Assembly (NCBI RefSeq): GCF_000284115.1
Contig: NC_017080.1
Location: 2,940,001 to 2,972,000 of the forward strand
Direction of reading: 5' to 3'
DNA length: 32,000 nt
DNA from: Phycisphaera mikurensis NBRC 102666
GTDB taxonomy: Bacteria > Planctomycetota > Phycisphaerae > Phycisphaerales > Phycisphaeraceae
The notes under the pieces were generated by a model, which did no database searches, was not told the DNA's origin, and was given only the letters and a program-made list of their open reading frames with translations. Made by a program: the position numbers and the translations under genes. Shown here one piece after another: positions 18,296 to 27,567 of this stretch. The first letter of the stretch is position 1, and each line of letters starts with the position of its first letter.

Positions 18296-21200
18296 GGGGA
18301 GGTTCCTCGCAGCCGGGCGACGGCGGCCGCGGGGTCCCGCAGCAGGGCGCGGACGGCTTCGCTGCCCGCGAGGACCAGCGCGGACCGCCCGCGGTCGTCG
18401 GTGGCGGCCGGGTCGGTCCCGAGCGCCAGCAGCAGCGCAACCTGCGCTGCGGACGCGTCCTCGTTGCGGCCCGGGCGGGCGCGGGAGGCGGCTTCGGCCA
18501 GCAGGGTGAGGCCCTCGCGGTCGGGCACGTCGACGCTGAAGCCGCGGGCCACCAGGCCGACGGCCAGTCCCCGGAAGCCCCGGTCCAGCGCCAGCGTCGC
18601 GGCGAAGTCGCCCAGGCGCCAGGCGCCCGCGAGCGGGCGGTCCAGCCGGGGATCGCCCGGCGGCGACATCAACCCGAAGAGGTCGAGGCGGCGGTCCCTC
18701 AGCGCCTCCAGCGCCGGCACGCCCCAGCCCCGGAAGGCGTGGTCGGGGTCGTAGCCGCTCGTGGCGAAGGGGTCCGCCCCGGCGTCGAGCACGCGGGCGA
18801 GGATCTCGGGGTCGCCGCGGTCCACCGCGCTCTCCAGCACCCCCGGCCGGGCGGCGTCCGCGCCGGCGTCGAGCAGGCGGTGGACGGTTTGGGCCTCGGC
18901 CAGGGACACCGCCGTCTCCAGCGCCGTGAACCGGCCGGCGTCGCTGAGCCGCGGGTCGGCGCCGCGGTCGAGCAGCAGGTTGGCGATGGCGTCGTCGCGG
19001 CGGCTGAGCGCCAGGGTCAGCGGGAACATCCGGTCGGCTTGGAGGCGGTCGTCCCGCACCGACGCGCCCGCGTCGAGCAGCGCCCGCACGCAGGCGAGGC
19101 GGCCGCGGCGGATGGCCAGGTGCAGCGGGGCGCAGCGGAAGGCGTCGAAGCCGTCCTCTTGGTGGATGGCCGGCGGGGCGATCCGGGCGTACGCGTCGAG
19201 GTCGCAGCCGTTAGCGCCCAGCCAGGCGATGCAGCGGGAGGCGTCCGCCAGCACCGCGGCGTGGCCGAGGGTGCCCACGGCCGCGTGCGTCGCGTCGAGG
19301 CTCGCCCCCGCTTCGTGCAGCAGCTCCAGCAGGTCGGGCCGATCCATCAGCACGGCGAGCAGCGCCGCGTTGTGGCTGAAGCGGCCGTAGGTCGCGGCGT
19401 CGGGATCGGCCCCGGCCGCCAGCAGGCGCGCGACGGTGCCGGCCCGGCCGGAGCGGACGGCGGCGAGCAGCGGGGGCCACGCGTCGGGCTCGGCGAGCGA
19501 GGGCGTCCCGGCGGGCGGGAGCTCCCCGCGGTACGCCGCCCAGGCCTCAAGCGGAACACCGAACGGAAGCGGCTTCGAAGACGCGGTCGCGCCGCCGGGG
19601 TCTTCCACGCCCATGGCCGCCAGCAGCCCGTCGCGGCGGAGCATCACCACGTCCCGCTCGGGGTCGGGCACGAACAGGTGCACCTCGTCGTGGGCGACGA
19701 AGAAGTCCGTGAGCCGCCCGGTCCACTCGGTCTGGCCGAGCACGCCCCCGCTCTCCGCGTCGACCGCCAGCAGCCGCGTGAGGAAGCGCTCGGGCGGGGG
19801 GCCTACGACGCGGGCGTCCCGCGTCGGCGGGTCCGGGTCCTCCCAGGCGTACGCCATCCAGACGAGGCCGCCGTCGCCGCGGATCCGCAGCGTCTCCAGC
19901 GGCGGGGCGTGCAGGGGCAGGTCCCGCAGCACCTCGCCCGCGCCCGAGACCTGCAACAGCCGCGTTTCGAGCACGACCCAGAAGGCGTCGCCCTCGGCCT
20001 GCACGTCGACGACCGCTTGGTCGCCGTGCGGCGTGCGGGACGCGAGCCAGGCGTCGAGCGGCTCGACGCCGTCGGTCCCGACCCACGACCAGGGTGTCTT
20101 TCGCCCCCCGCCGCCGCCCATGGCGGCCCGGCCGCCGGCGGCCTCCAGGCGGGCGCCGGAGAACCGCTCCTCCAGCCGGGCGTCGAGCAGCCGGAGGTTC
20201 TCGAGCCCGCCGTCGGGGTTCTCGACGAGCCCCAGCCGCCCGTCGCCGCTGAGGACCCAGACGCGCGTGCCGTCGAAGGCGACGCGGCGGACGTCCCCGG
20301 AGACGAGCCTGTCCTCGGGCCCGAGCCTCCAGGCCTCCTCCCCCCAGGGCAGCATCAGCTTCAGGCCGTCCCCGGCCGTCGCCAGCCAGAGCCGCCGCTC
20401 GGAGGCGGCGAGGTCGGTCCACTGCGCGTCCCCGACGCGCTCGTGCAGCGGGGCGACGCGGAGGGTGAGCGGGTCGAGCAGGCCCAGCCCCTCGGGCGGG
20501 GCGGGGGAGTCGGGCGACCGGTGGTGCGGGGCCCGGAGGCCCGCGTAGCGGCCGCGCCACGGCACGACGCGGCGGACCTGCGGGGTGTGGCCGCGCCGGT
20601 CGAGGGTCAGCTCGCGGCCGGGCGACACGTCCCAGGTGAGCTCCAGCCGGGACACCTCCGCGACCGCGTCGGCCCCCGCGACCGCCGGCTCCTCCACGTG
20701 CCGCGGGAGCCCCGGCGTCGCCGCGGGGTCGTCGCCGTACCGGGCCCGGCGCAGGCGGTCCCGCTCCTCGAAACGCGCCCGGACGTCCGGCGGGAGACCG
20801 GGAGGCATCGACGGGAACGACGACCGGGCCGGCGGGGAAGACGCCGCGGAGGACGCGGGCGGGTCGGCGACCGGCTCGGGCGAGGCGGCGGGCTCCGGCC
20901 GCAGGGTGCCGTCGGCCACCCGGGCGTCGATCCACGCCCGGAGGTGCTCGGCGGCGGCGGCGGTGAGCCGGGCCGCTTGCGGCTGCGCCTCGCCCGCCGG
21001 CGGGTCCGCCGCGAACATGGCCTCGTGTTCGGCGGACCGGCCCGCGGAGGCGAAGGCCTCGGACAGGCGGTCGAGCAGGTCGGGGTCGAAGGTGAAGCGG
21101 TGGGTGTCCAGCCGCTCCTCCTCCCAGGCGGGCTCGAAGACGGGCCACCACGCGCTCCAGACCGCGGCCGTCTCCGCGTCGCTCAGGCGGAAATCGCGGG

Positions 21201-22929
21201 AGAGGACGTCGCCGGGATCGACGGCCCGGAGTCGCCCCGGGTGCTCCGACGCCGGCGGGCCGCCGGAGAGCAGGCGGCCGAGCCCGATCAGGCCGTCCAG
21301 CGTCTCCTGCCGGTAGGCGTCGCGGGCGGCGGCGGGCATGTCGCGGGGGAGCTCGCTGCGGCCCGGGCCCAGCAGCGTGTGCTGCCGGTACGTCACCCCG
21401 CGGTGGAGCTCCGCCCGCGCCTCCAGCCCCATCAGCTTCTCGCGGAGCGTCCAGGTCAGGCCGAGGACCGCCGCCCCGTGCCGGGCGATCACGCGGTCCA
21501 CCTCGGCCTGCCGCCGCCCCAGCCCGACCCACCGCCGCCCGGGCTGAAGCGGCGGGAGCATCAGCATCGCCGCGTCGGCGAGCTCGGGGTCCTCGGGGTC
21601 GAAGAAGGAGGCGGCCTGCCAGGCGAGACGCACGGAGGGGCCGCTGTTGCTGCTGATCCGGCGGGACCGGCCGCCCGCGGCGGCGCCGGCGCCGGCCTGG
21701 AGGCTCTCCGCGGCCGGGCCGCGGGTCAGCAGCGCGACCACCGCGTCCCGCTGCGCCGGCGACACCTCGTCGGGCACCGGAGCTTTGGCGGCGGCCCAGA
21801 CCTCCTCGGCCAGCTCCGCCACGGCGGCGTCGACCTCGCCGCCGGGCACGGTGCGGGTGAAGGTCTCGGGCGCGTCGACGCCCGACCAGAGGTTCAGCGT
21901 GACGGTCGTCGGCACGAGGGCCGGATCCATCGCGATCGTGCCGCCGCCGGGGTCGGGCGCGGCGTCCGCGGACTCGGCCGCGTAGCCCCAGAGGTAGTGG
22001 TCGGCCGCGCGGACCCACGCCATCGGGTCCCGCTGCGTCAGCCCGTTGAGCGCGAGCGTCTGCTCATCGCCGGCGTCCGCAGCCCGCGTCACCCGCACCA
22101 GCCGGACGCCGGGATCCTCCCGCGCCTCGGCCTCCAGCCGCTCGGGCATCGTCGCTTCGAGGTGGTCCAGCCGGTCCGTCCCCGAGGCGTTGCGGAAGAA
22201 CAGCAGCGAGAGCACCGGCGCCCCGTCGAGCGAGGCGAGGCGCTCGTGCGCCGAGCCGATCAGGCCGCGTGTCGCCTCGAGCAGGCGGTCGAGGTCGGCG
22301 TCGGGCAGGGCCTCGGGCCGCGACAGGTCCGCCGGCCACGGCAGCTCGGTCTCGGCGACCCGGTCGGCGGTCAGGAGGTCGACGACCTCCAGCCGCAGCC
22401 GCTGCGCGTCGAGCCCGGTGTCGACGAAGGTGCCGGTCACGATGAGGTCGCAGCCGAGCCAGGCGCCCAGCTGCACCGAGGACGAGGCGTCGCCGCCTCC
22501 CAGCGTCAACCCCAGCGCCGCCTCCCCGGCCGCGGCGTTGAGCGCCTCCCGGTCGACCCACTCGAAGCGTTCCTCCGCGTCGAGCGCCGCCCGGGCGACG
22601 TCGCTGATCCGGCGGGCGGTCCCGGCCCCGACCCAGGTGTCCCGGTCGACGCGGAAGTCCATCAACGCCACCCGGGGCCGCCGGGGGTGGGGCGCCCGCT
22701 CGGGCCGGGGCACCCGCTCGGCGAGGCGGCGTTCCAGCTTCTCCGCCCGCGTCTCCGCCCGCGTCTCCGCCCGCTCGGGCGGCGCCCACCACTGCGCCAC
22801 CGGCGACACCAGCTCGGCCGCGGCCTGCCGCGCCTGCGGGCTGCGGTGGACCAGCCCGGCGGCGACGAGCAGCATGAGCCCGGCGGCGGCGAGGAGCGCG
22901 AGGTTGCGTCGGGGCGAGCGCTTGGGCAT
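18292..22929 (-). CDS. Very large membrane-anchored multidomain protein: CsgG/TolB_N-like N-terminus, helical middle, beta-propeller-like region, C-terminal ankyrin repeats
   Basis: 1545 aa. N-terminal TM NLALLAAAGLMLLVAAGL; RPRVALMDFRVDRDTWVGAGTARRISDVARAAL..FEWVDREALN..LGAWLGCDLIVTGTFVDTG; propeller-like LWLATAGDGLKL, RVWVLSGDGRLGLV, AFWVVLETRLLQVSGAGEVLRDL; ankyrin PLHLAIRRGRLACVRALLDAGASVRDD, PLTLALSRRDDAIANLLLDRGADPRLSD, ALETAVSLAEAQTVHRLLDAGADAARP. Confidence 0.82.
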   Translation of the reverse strand: MPKRSPRRNLALLAAAGLMLLVAAGLVHRSPQARQAAAELVSPVAQWWAPPERAETRAETRAEKLERRLAERVPRPERAPHPRRPRVALMDFRVDRDTWVGAGTARRISDVARAALDAEERFEWVDREALNAAAGEAALGLTLGGGDASSSVQLGAWLGCDLIVTGTFVDTGLDAQRLRLEVVDLLTADRVAETELPWPADLSRPEALPDADLDRLLEATRGLIGSAHERLASLDGAPVLSLLFFRNASGTDRLDHLEATMPERLEAEAREDPGVRLVRVTRAADAGDEQTLALNGLTQRDPMAWVRAADHYLWGYAAESADAAPDPGGGTIAMDPALVPTTVTLNLWSGVDAPETFTRTVPGGEVDAAVAELAEEVWAAAKAPVPDEVSPAQRDAVVALLTRGPAAESLQAGAGAAAGGRSRRISSNSGPSVRLAWQAASFFDPEDPELADAAMLMLPPLQPGRRWVGLGRRQAEVDRVIARHGAAVLGLTWTLREKLMGLEARAELHRGVTYRQHTLLGPGRSELPRDMPAAARDAYRQETLDGLIGLGRLLSGGPPASEHPGRLRAVDPGDVLSRDFRLSDAETAAVWSAWWPVFEPAWEEERLDTHRFTFDPDLLDRLSEAFASAGRSAEHEAMFAADPPAGEAQPQAARLTAAAAEHLRAWIDARVADGTLRPEPAASPEPVADPPASSAASSPPARSSFPSMPPGLPPDVRARFEERDRLRRARYGDDPAATPGLPRHVEEPAVAGADAVAEVSRLELTWDVSPGRELTLDRRGHTPQVRRVVPWRGRYAGLRAPHHRSPDSPAPPEGLGLLDPLTLRVAPLHERVGDAQWTDLAASERRLWLATAGDGLKLMLPWGEEAWRLGPEDRLVSGDVRRVAFDGTRVWVLSGDGRLGLVENPDGGLENLRLLDARLEERFSGARLEAAGGRAAMGGGGGRKTPWSWVGTDGVEPLDAWLASRTPHGDQAVVDVQAEGDAFWVVLETRLLQVSGAGEVLRDLPLHAPPLETLRIRGDGGLVWMAYAWEDPDPPTRDARVVGPPPERFLTRLLAVDAESGGVLGQTEWTGRLTDFFVAHDEVHLFVPDPERDVVMLRRDGLLAAMGVEDPGGATASSKPLPFGVPLEAWAAYRGELPPAGTPSLAEPDAWPPLLAAVRSGRAGTVARLLAAGADPDAATYGRFSHNAALLAVLMDRPDLLELLHEAGASLDATHAAVGTLGHAAVLADASRCIAWLGANGCDLDAYARIAPPAIHQEDGFDAFRCAPLHLAIRRGRLACVRALLDAGASVRDDRLQADRMFPLTLALSRRDDAIANLLLDRGADPRLSDAGRFTALETAVSLAEAQTVHRLLDAGADAARPGVLESAVDRGDPEILARVLDAGADPFATSGYDPDHAFRGWGVPALEALRDRRLDLFGLMSPPGDPRLDRPLAGAWRLGDFAATLALDRGFRGLAVGLVARGFSVDVPDREGLTLLAEAASRARPGRNEDASAAQVALLLALGTDPAATDDRGRSALVLAGSEAVRALLRDPAAAVARLRGTSP

Positions 22930-22988
22930 GAAACAGAAAGGTCTCGGTTACTCCCGGCGGCGGCCACGAGGGCCGGCGGCCCGGCGGA

Positions 22989-23012
22989 CCGCGTGACCGC
23001 GTGACCGCGTGA
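22989..23012. repeat. Three perfect tandem copies of an 8-mer (ccgcgtga) plus a degenerate fourth
   Basis: ccgcgtga x3 then ccgcgcgc (to 23020), in the 99-bp gap between the CsgG-like and ankyrin genes. Confidence 0.9.
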
Positions 23013-23028
23013 CCGCGCGCGGCCCGCA

Positions 23029-24093
23029 TCAGTCGGCGGGCGGCTCCTCGATCAGCCGCCGCAGCAAGCCCTCCACCAGCCGCCGCCCGGCCTTCTGCAA
23101 CGCCGACTTGCCCGCCACCTGCTCGGCCAGGTCCACGCCGCGCGTGGTCACGCGGTCGGCGAGGACGATCCGGCCATCCTCCCGGCGGACGACGTTGATC
23201 TCCGCCCGCGCGTTCGCGAAGCGCAGCCGGCCCATCGCGCCCGCACCCTCGCTGAAGCCCTCGCCGACCACCACCCAGTCGACGCCCTCGAGGCTGCGCG
23301 GCCACGACGGTTCGTCGCCGCGGTCGTACGCCCGGACCCAGTCCGCCAACGCGTTGTCCTTCAGGTCGCGGACATCCACCCCCGCGTCGATCAGCACCTT
23401 CTTGATCTCCGTCTCGACCGCCGGGTCGGGCACCGCCGGGGCGGGGGCCGGTCCCCGGACGTGCTCCTCGGGGATCACCACCGCCATCACCGGCGTGCCG
23501 CCGCGCTCGCGCAGCGTCGCCACCAGCCCCGGCACCGGGTCCCGGGGGACCTCGCCCGCCACCAACTCCCGCCCGTGCTCCCCCAGCAGCGCCACCATCC
23601 GCTCCGCCGCCTCGAAAACCATCTCGTCGAGCGGCGTGTCGAGGCTCTCGCGGACCATGACCGAGCGCGTCCGCGTCGTCTCGGTGCCGATCACCTTCGC
23701 CGTCACCACCCGGCTCTCGCCCAGCTCGAAGGCCCGGCCGGTCACCAGCAGCCTCGCCCCGACCACCCGGCCGATGGCGACGGCTTGGGCGGTGTCGGTC
23801 ACGCCGCTGCGGCTCACCGCCTGCTCGGCGACGGTGCGGTCCAGCCGAGTCCGGTCCACCAGGCTCAGCCCGTCCTCGCCCGAGAGCATCGCCTCCAGCA
23901 CGTCGTTCATGAGCTCGCTGAGCCCCGCCCCGCCCGCGGGCTCGGCGCCCCCCACCGCCTCGAACCCCAGCACCGCCACGGTCAAAGGAGCGCCGGCGGC
24001 ATCGGCGGCATCGGCGGCCGACGACGCCACCGCCGGCCCGGCGAGCGAGCAGACGCACACCAGGGCGATCCGAGGGATCATCGTGTCGAACAT
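23029..24093 (-). CDS. CsgG-family exported protein
   Basis: Signal peptide RIALVCVCSLAGPAVA; LTVAVLGFEAVGG..GLSELMNDVLEAML..LSLVDRTRLDRTVAEQAVSRSGVTDTAQAVAIGRVVGARLLVTGRAFELGESRVVTAKVIGTET; second half VDWVVVGEGFSEG...ARAEINVVRREDGRIVLADRV. Confidence 0.88.
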   Translation of the reverse strand: MFDTMIPRIALVCVCSLAGPAVASSAADAADAAGAPLTVAVLGFEAVGGAEPAGGAGLSELMNDVLEAMLSGEDGLSLVDRTRLDRTVAEQAVSRSGVTDTAQAVAIGRVVGARLLVTGRAFELGESRVVTAKVIGTETTRTRSVMVRESLDTPLDEMVFEAAERMVALLGEHGRELVAGEVPRDPVPGLVATLRERGGTPVMAVVIPEEHVRGPAPAPAVPDPAVETEIKKVLIDAGVDVRDLKDNALADWVRAYDRGDEPSWPRSLEGVDWVVVGEGFSEGAGAMGRLRFANARAEINVVRREDGRIVLADRVTTRGVDLAEQVAGKSALQKAGRRLVEGLLRRLIEEPPAD

Positions 24094-24352
24094 GGGCTGG
24101 CTCCCGACGGGCGGAGGGGCTTGCAGAAATCTGAACCGCGAGCCTAACCGACCCGACGGCAAGTCGGCGGCCGCCGCTCCGCGCTGAACCCCGAGGTCCA
24201 GGGCGGCTCGTCCGTCGCCTCCCCGAGACGCCCGCCGCCACGCCCGCTCCGGCGAAGATCGAGGACCGGTGGACGAATCGCGGAAGGAGCACCCCGAAGG
24301 AACCCGCTCCGCTCTTCCACGCAAGCACCGTTGCCGGAACCGACCGAAAGAT

Positions 24353-24398
24353 CCGCGGACCGTCGGCCGTTCCCGCCTCCCGGGCCGACGGTCCGCGG
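24353..24398 (-). terminator. Perfect 16-bp inverted repeat downstream of pgl; terminator-like or cis-regulatory hairpin
   Basis: ccgcggaccgtcggcc (24353-24368), 14-nt loop gttcccgcctcccg, ggccgacggtccgcgg (24383-24398); begins 36 bp past the pgl stop; on the minus strand followed by atctttcgg. Confidence 0.55.
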
Positions 24399-24434
24399 GT
24401 GGGAGCGGCCGCACCGGGCGTCCGCGACCCGCTC

Positions 24435-25220
24435 CTAACGCTCTTCGCCGCCGGAGCCCGCCGCCGCGGCGTCGAGGTACCAGGCGAGGGTGCCGCCGTG
24501 CTTGCCAGGGTCGATGCCGCTGATGGGCACCTCCTCGGCGTCCACCGTCCCCGCCTCGTGCAGCGCCTCGACCCGCCGCAGCGCGTCCGCCTTGCCCGAG
24601 CCGGTGAGCAGCACGGCGACCCGCCGGGCGTTGTTGAGCAGCGGGTAGGTCATCGTGATCCGCGGCGGCGGGACCACCTTCTCGCCGTCGTTCTCGGCGA
24701 CCCAAGCCTCGGTTTCCCCGAGCGCGGGCGAGGCGGGGAACAGCGACGCGGTGTGGCAGTCCCCGCCCATCCCCAGCAGCACGAAGTCGAGCTTCGGCGG
24801 CACGCCGCCCCCGCCCGCCGAGGGCAGCGCGTGCCCGTAGGCGTCCGCCAGCTCGTCGGCGTAGCGCCCCGCGGGGTCGTCCCCGTCGACGAACATCGGG
24901 TGGACCTGGTGGCCGGGGGTCGGCACGTGGTCCAGCAGCGCGGACCGCAGCATCCGGATGTTCGCCTTCTCGTGGTCCGCCGGCACCCGCCGCTCGTCCA
25001 CCACCCAGACGTGCGTCTGCGCCCAGGGCATCGACCGGAACTCCAGGTCGGTCGCGAGCCGCTCGTAGAACGGCTCGGGCGTCCCCCCGCCGGAGAGCGC
25101 GAGGTGGAACTGCCCGCGGGCGTTGACGCTCTTGGTCGCCGCGTCGAGCAGGTCGCGGCCGAGGGCGGCGTGCAGCGCCTCGGGATCGGGCTGGACGATG
25201 ACGCGGCCGGAGAGCTTCAT
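24435..25220 (-). CDS. pgl: 6-phosphogluconolactonase (Pgl/SOL/DevB family)
   Basis: FHLALSGGGTPEPFYERLA, THVWVVDERRVPADHEKANIRMLRSALLDHV, LDFVLLGMGGDCHTASLFPASPAL, ITMTYPLLNNARRVAVLLTGSGKADALRRV. Confidence 0.93.
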   Translation of the reverse strand: MKLSGRVIVQPDPEALHAALGRDLLDAATKSVNARGQFHLALSGGGTPEPFYERLATDLEFRSMPWAQTHVWVVDERRVPADHEKANIRMLRSALLDHVPTPGHQVHPMFVDGDDPAGRYADELADAYGHALPSAGGGGVPPKLDFVLLGMGGDCHTASLFPASPALGETEAWVAENDGEKVVPPPRITMTYPLLNNARRVAVLLTGSGKADALRRVEALHEAGTVDAEEVPISGIDPGKHGGTLAWYLDAAAAGSGGEER

Positions 25221-25462
25221 GCGGAGGTTGTAGCACCGACCGCAGCGGGAAGCCGCGGACCAGCCCGGCGGCGGGGCCGACGCTTTGCTCGCGGCGGCGG
25301 GACGCTCCCGCACCCGCTCGCCCCGCCTCCGCGGGGTCTCGGCGGCGTCAGGTCCGCGTGGAGCGTCGGGGCTCCGCCTCGACGCCGCGGGCACGGACCC
25401 CAGGGAGAGGACGCATCCCGGAGGGACACCAGGGCCCGCGGGAGACGCGGGCAGCGGGTCAT

Positions 25463-25493
25463 TTGACGGAGGGCGAAACGCTGCGTTACCTTC
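25463..25493 (+). promoter_or_regulatory. Weak promoter candidate upstream of the 25567 PEP-CTERM gene
   Basis: ttgacg (5/6 to -35) followed by a weak -10-like taccttt-type element about 18 bp later. Confidence 0.2.
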
Positions 25494-25566
25494 ACCGGTA
25501 TCAGTCGGCCGCGGCGCGTGCCCGGTCGCCGCCTCCGAGGTCCTTCCTAAGAAAGGGGAACGATCG

Positions 25567-26241
25567 ATGCCCGAGCCGTCCGCGCCCGCGTCCGCACCGC
25601 CCGCCGCCGCCCTCGCCGCCGCCGCCGTGGCCACGTGCTGGGCGGCGGGCCAGCCCGCCGAGGCACAGCTCAGCACCGGCCAATCGGCCACGGTGACGCT
25701 CGACGTCGCCACACCCGTGAGCGACGTCTACCTCCTGTACGGCGACGCCAGCTCCGGTGTCCTCGACTACAGCGACGCCATCGCCCTGCCCGACGCCCCC
25801 GCCGGCCAGCTGGCGACGCAGGTGCAGCTGGTCGACGACTTCCTCAGCACGGAGTTCCAGTTCGCGGTGATCGGGGTCTACAGCGACCCCACGGCCGTCG
25901 AGCCCGAGGAGCGGTCGGGCATCAGCGTGACCTACAGCGACCGGGGCCCGCTGATCCTGGGCCTCGCGTTCGATGAGGTCTTCAGCGAGAGCGAGACCGA
26001 CCTGCTCAACGCCCTCGTGGCCGACGACACGGTCACGCTCCGCTCCTTCTTCGAGAACAACTTCGGCTCCTTCGGCTTCGGCGAGTTCGGCTTCGTGGGC
26101 GCCTCGCTGACCGGAACCGAGCTGCAGGTGAACTTCTCGCGGGCCGACGAAGCGGGCCTCGCGACCTTGACCATCCCCGAGCCCGCGTCGCTGGCGCTGC
26201 TGGGCTGCGGGGCGGCGCTGATGATGCGGCGTCGATGCTGA
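25567..26241 (+). CDS. PEP-CTERM domain exported protein
   Basis: SD-like aagaaaggggaa before ATG; signal peptide; C-terminal TIPEPASLALLGCGAALMMRRRC. Confidence 0.85.
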   Translation: MPEPSAPASAPPAAALAAAAVATCWAAGQPAEAQLSTGQSATVTLDVATPVSDVYLLYGDASSGVLDYSDAIALPDAPAGQLATQVQLVDDFLSTEFQFAVIGVYSDPTAVEPEERSGISVTYSDRGPLILGLAFDEVFSESETDLLNALVADDTVTLRSFFENNFGSFGFGEFGFVGASLTGTELQVNFSRADEAGLATLTIPEPASLALLGCGAALMMRRRC

Positions 26242-26275
26242 ACGCAGAGCCACGCCGGACCGGACCGCGGAGCGC

Positions 26276-27433
26276 ATGAACCCCTCGCCGCGGATGGACC
26301 GGCACACGCTCAGCGTGCACCTCCTCGTCCGCGACGAGGAGCAGAACCTGCCCGCGGCGATCGGCAGCGTTGCCGGCGTCGCCGACGAGGTCGTCGTCAC
26401 CGACACCGGTTCGACCGACGGCACCGCGGCCGTCGCCGCCGGGCTGGGGGCGCGGGTGGGACGCTTCGCCTGGCGCGACGACTTCGCCGCGGCGTGGAAC
26501 GCGGGCGTGGCGTCCTGCCGCGGAGACTGGGTGCTGATCCTCGACGCCGACGAGCGGCTGCTGCCCGCGGCCGCCGGTCCGCTGCGCTCCTGGCTGGCGC
26601 GGCCGGCCGCCGACGCGGCCCGCGTGCTGCGGCGGGACCTCCGCGAGGCGGGCGACCCGTCCCGCTTCACGCGCATGGCGGTGCTCCGGCTGTTCCGGCG
26701 CGAGCGAGCGGTGGCGGCGCCCTTCGTCGGCCGCTGCCACCCGCACCCCGACCCGATGCCGGCGGCCCGGCCGATCCTTCCGGGGGTGGAGCTGGAGCAC
26801 CGCGGCTACCTGCCCGCCGCCCGCCCCGCCAAGCTGGCCCGGTCGCGACGCCTGCTGGAGCTGGAGCTCACCGACCGGCCGACGGGGCCGCGCAGCCTGT
26901 ACTACCGCATCGAGCTCGCCCGCACGCTGCTGGGCTCGGGGGATCCCGCAGCGGACGCGGCCGTGCGAGAAGCCGCCGCTGGCCTCGCCCCGCACGCCGA
27001 CGCCGCGGCCGCCCCGCTGCCGCACGCGGCCCTGCTGCTGGAGGTGCTGCTGCAGTGGCCCGCCGACCGGCTGCCCCCGCCCTGGACGCCGGCGGCCGTC
27101 GCCGCCGCCGCGGACCGCTGGTTCCCCGACGCCCCGCCGCTGCTGTGGCTGCGCGCCGGGCAGGCGTTCGCCGCCGGCGACGACGCCGCGGCCGCGGCCA
27201 CGCTCGAGCGGCTGGTCGCGATGGGCCGGGACCACGGCTACGACCCGCACACCGGCTTCGATCCGGCGATCGTCGCCGAGCGGGCGGCGCTGAACCTCGC
27301 CGCCTGCCGCATCCGCCTCGGCGACCTCGCCGGTGCCCGCCGCCTGCTCGAGCCCCTCGCCGACGACCCCCGCGTGGGCGAGCAAGCCCGCACCAACCTG
27401 GGCCTGCTCGACGGGCTGCGGGCCGACCGCTGA
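26276..27433 (+). CDS. Family 2 glycosyltransferase with C-terminal TPR-like region
   Basis: LSVHLLVRDEEQNLPAAIGSVAGVADEVVVTDTGSTDGTAAVA..DDFAAAWNAGVASCRGDWVLILDADERL; helical repeats after about residue 215. Confidence 0.9.
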   Translation: MNPSPRMDRHTLSVHLLVRDEEQNLPAAIGSVAGVADEVVVTDTGSTDGTAAVAAGLGARVGRFAWRDDFAAAWNAGVASCRGDWVLILDADERLLPAAAGPLRSWLARPAADAARVLRRDLREAGDPSRFTRMAVLRLFRRERAVAAPFVGRCHPHPDPMPAARPILPGVELEHRGYLPAARPAKLARSRRLLELELTDRPTGPRSLYYRIELARTLLGSGDPAADAAVREAAAGLAPHADAAAAPLPHAALLLEVLLQWPADRLPPPWTPAAVAAAADRWFPDAPPLLWLRAGQAFAAGDDAAAAATLERLVAMGRDHGYDPHTGFDPAIVAERAALNLAACRIRLGDLAGARRLLEPLADDPRVGEQARTNLGLLDGLRADR

Positions 27434-27567
27434 GGCAAGCGTGCCCGCGGGCCTCGGCGTGGCCCGCTCCGCCGCCGGCCGCTCCGGCGACGGCGTCGCG
27501 CCCGGTGCGTGGCGGGGCCGTGCCGCGCCCCTCGCCGCGCGGCCGGATCCGAGCGCCGCGTGCCGGC

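Noticed and set aside
18175-23004. 1609-aa plus-strand open reading frame across the ankyrin gene
   Set aside because: Antisense to a minus-strand gene with clear ankyrin/CsgG-like motifs. The translation is low-complexity Arg/Gly/Ala/Pro, typical of GC-rich shadow ORFs.
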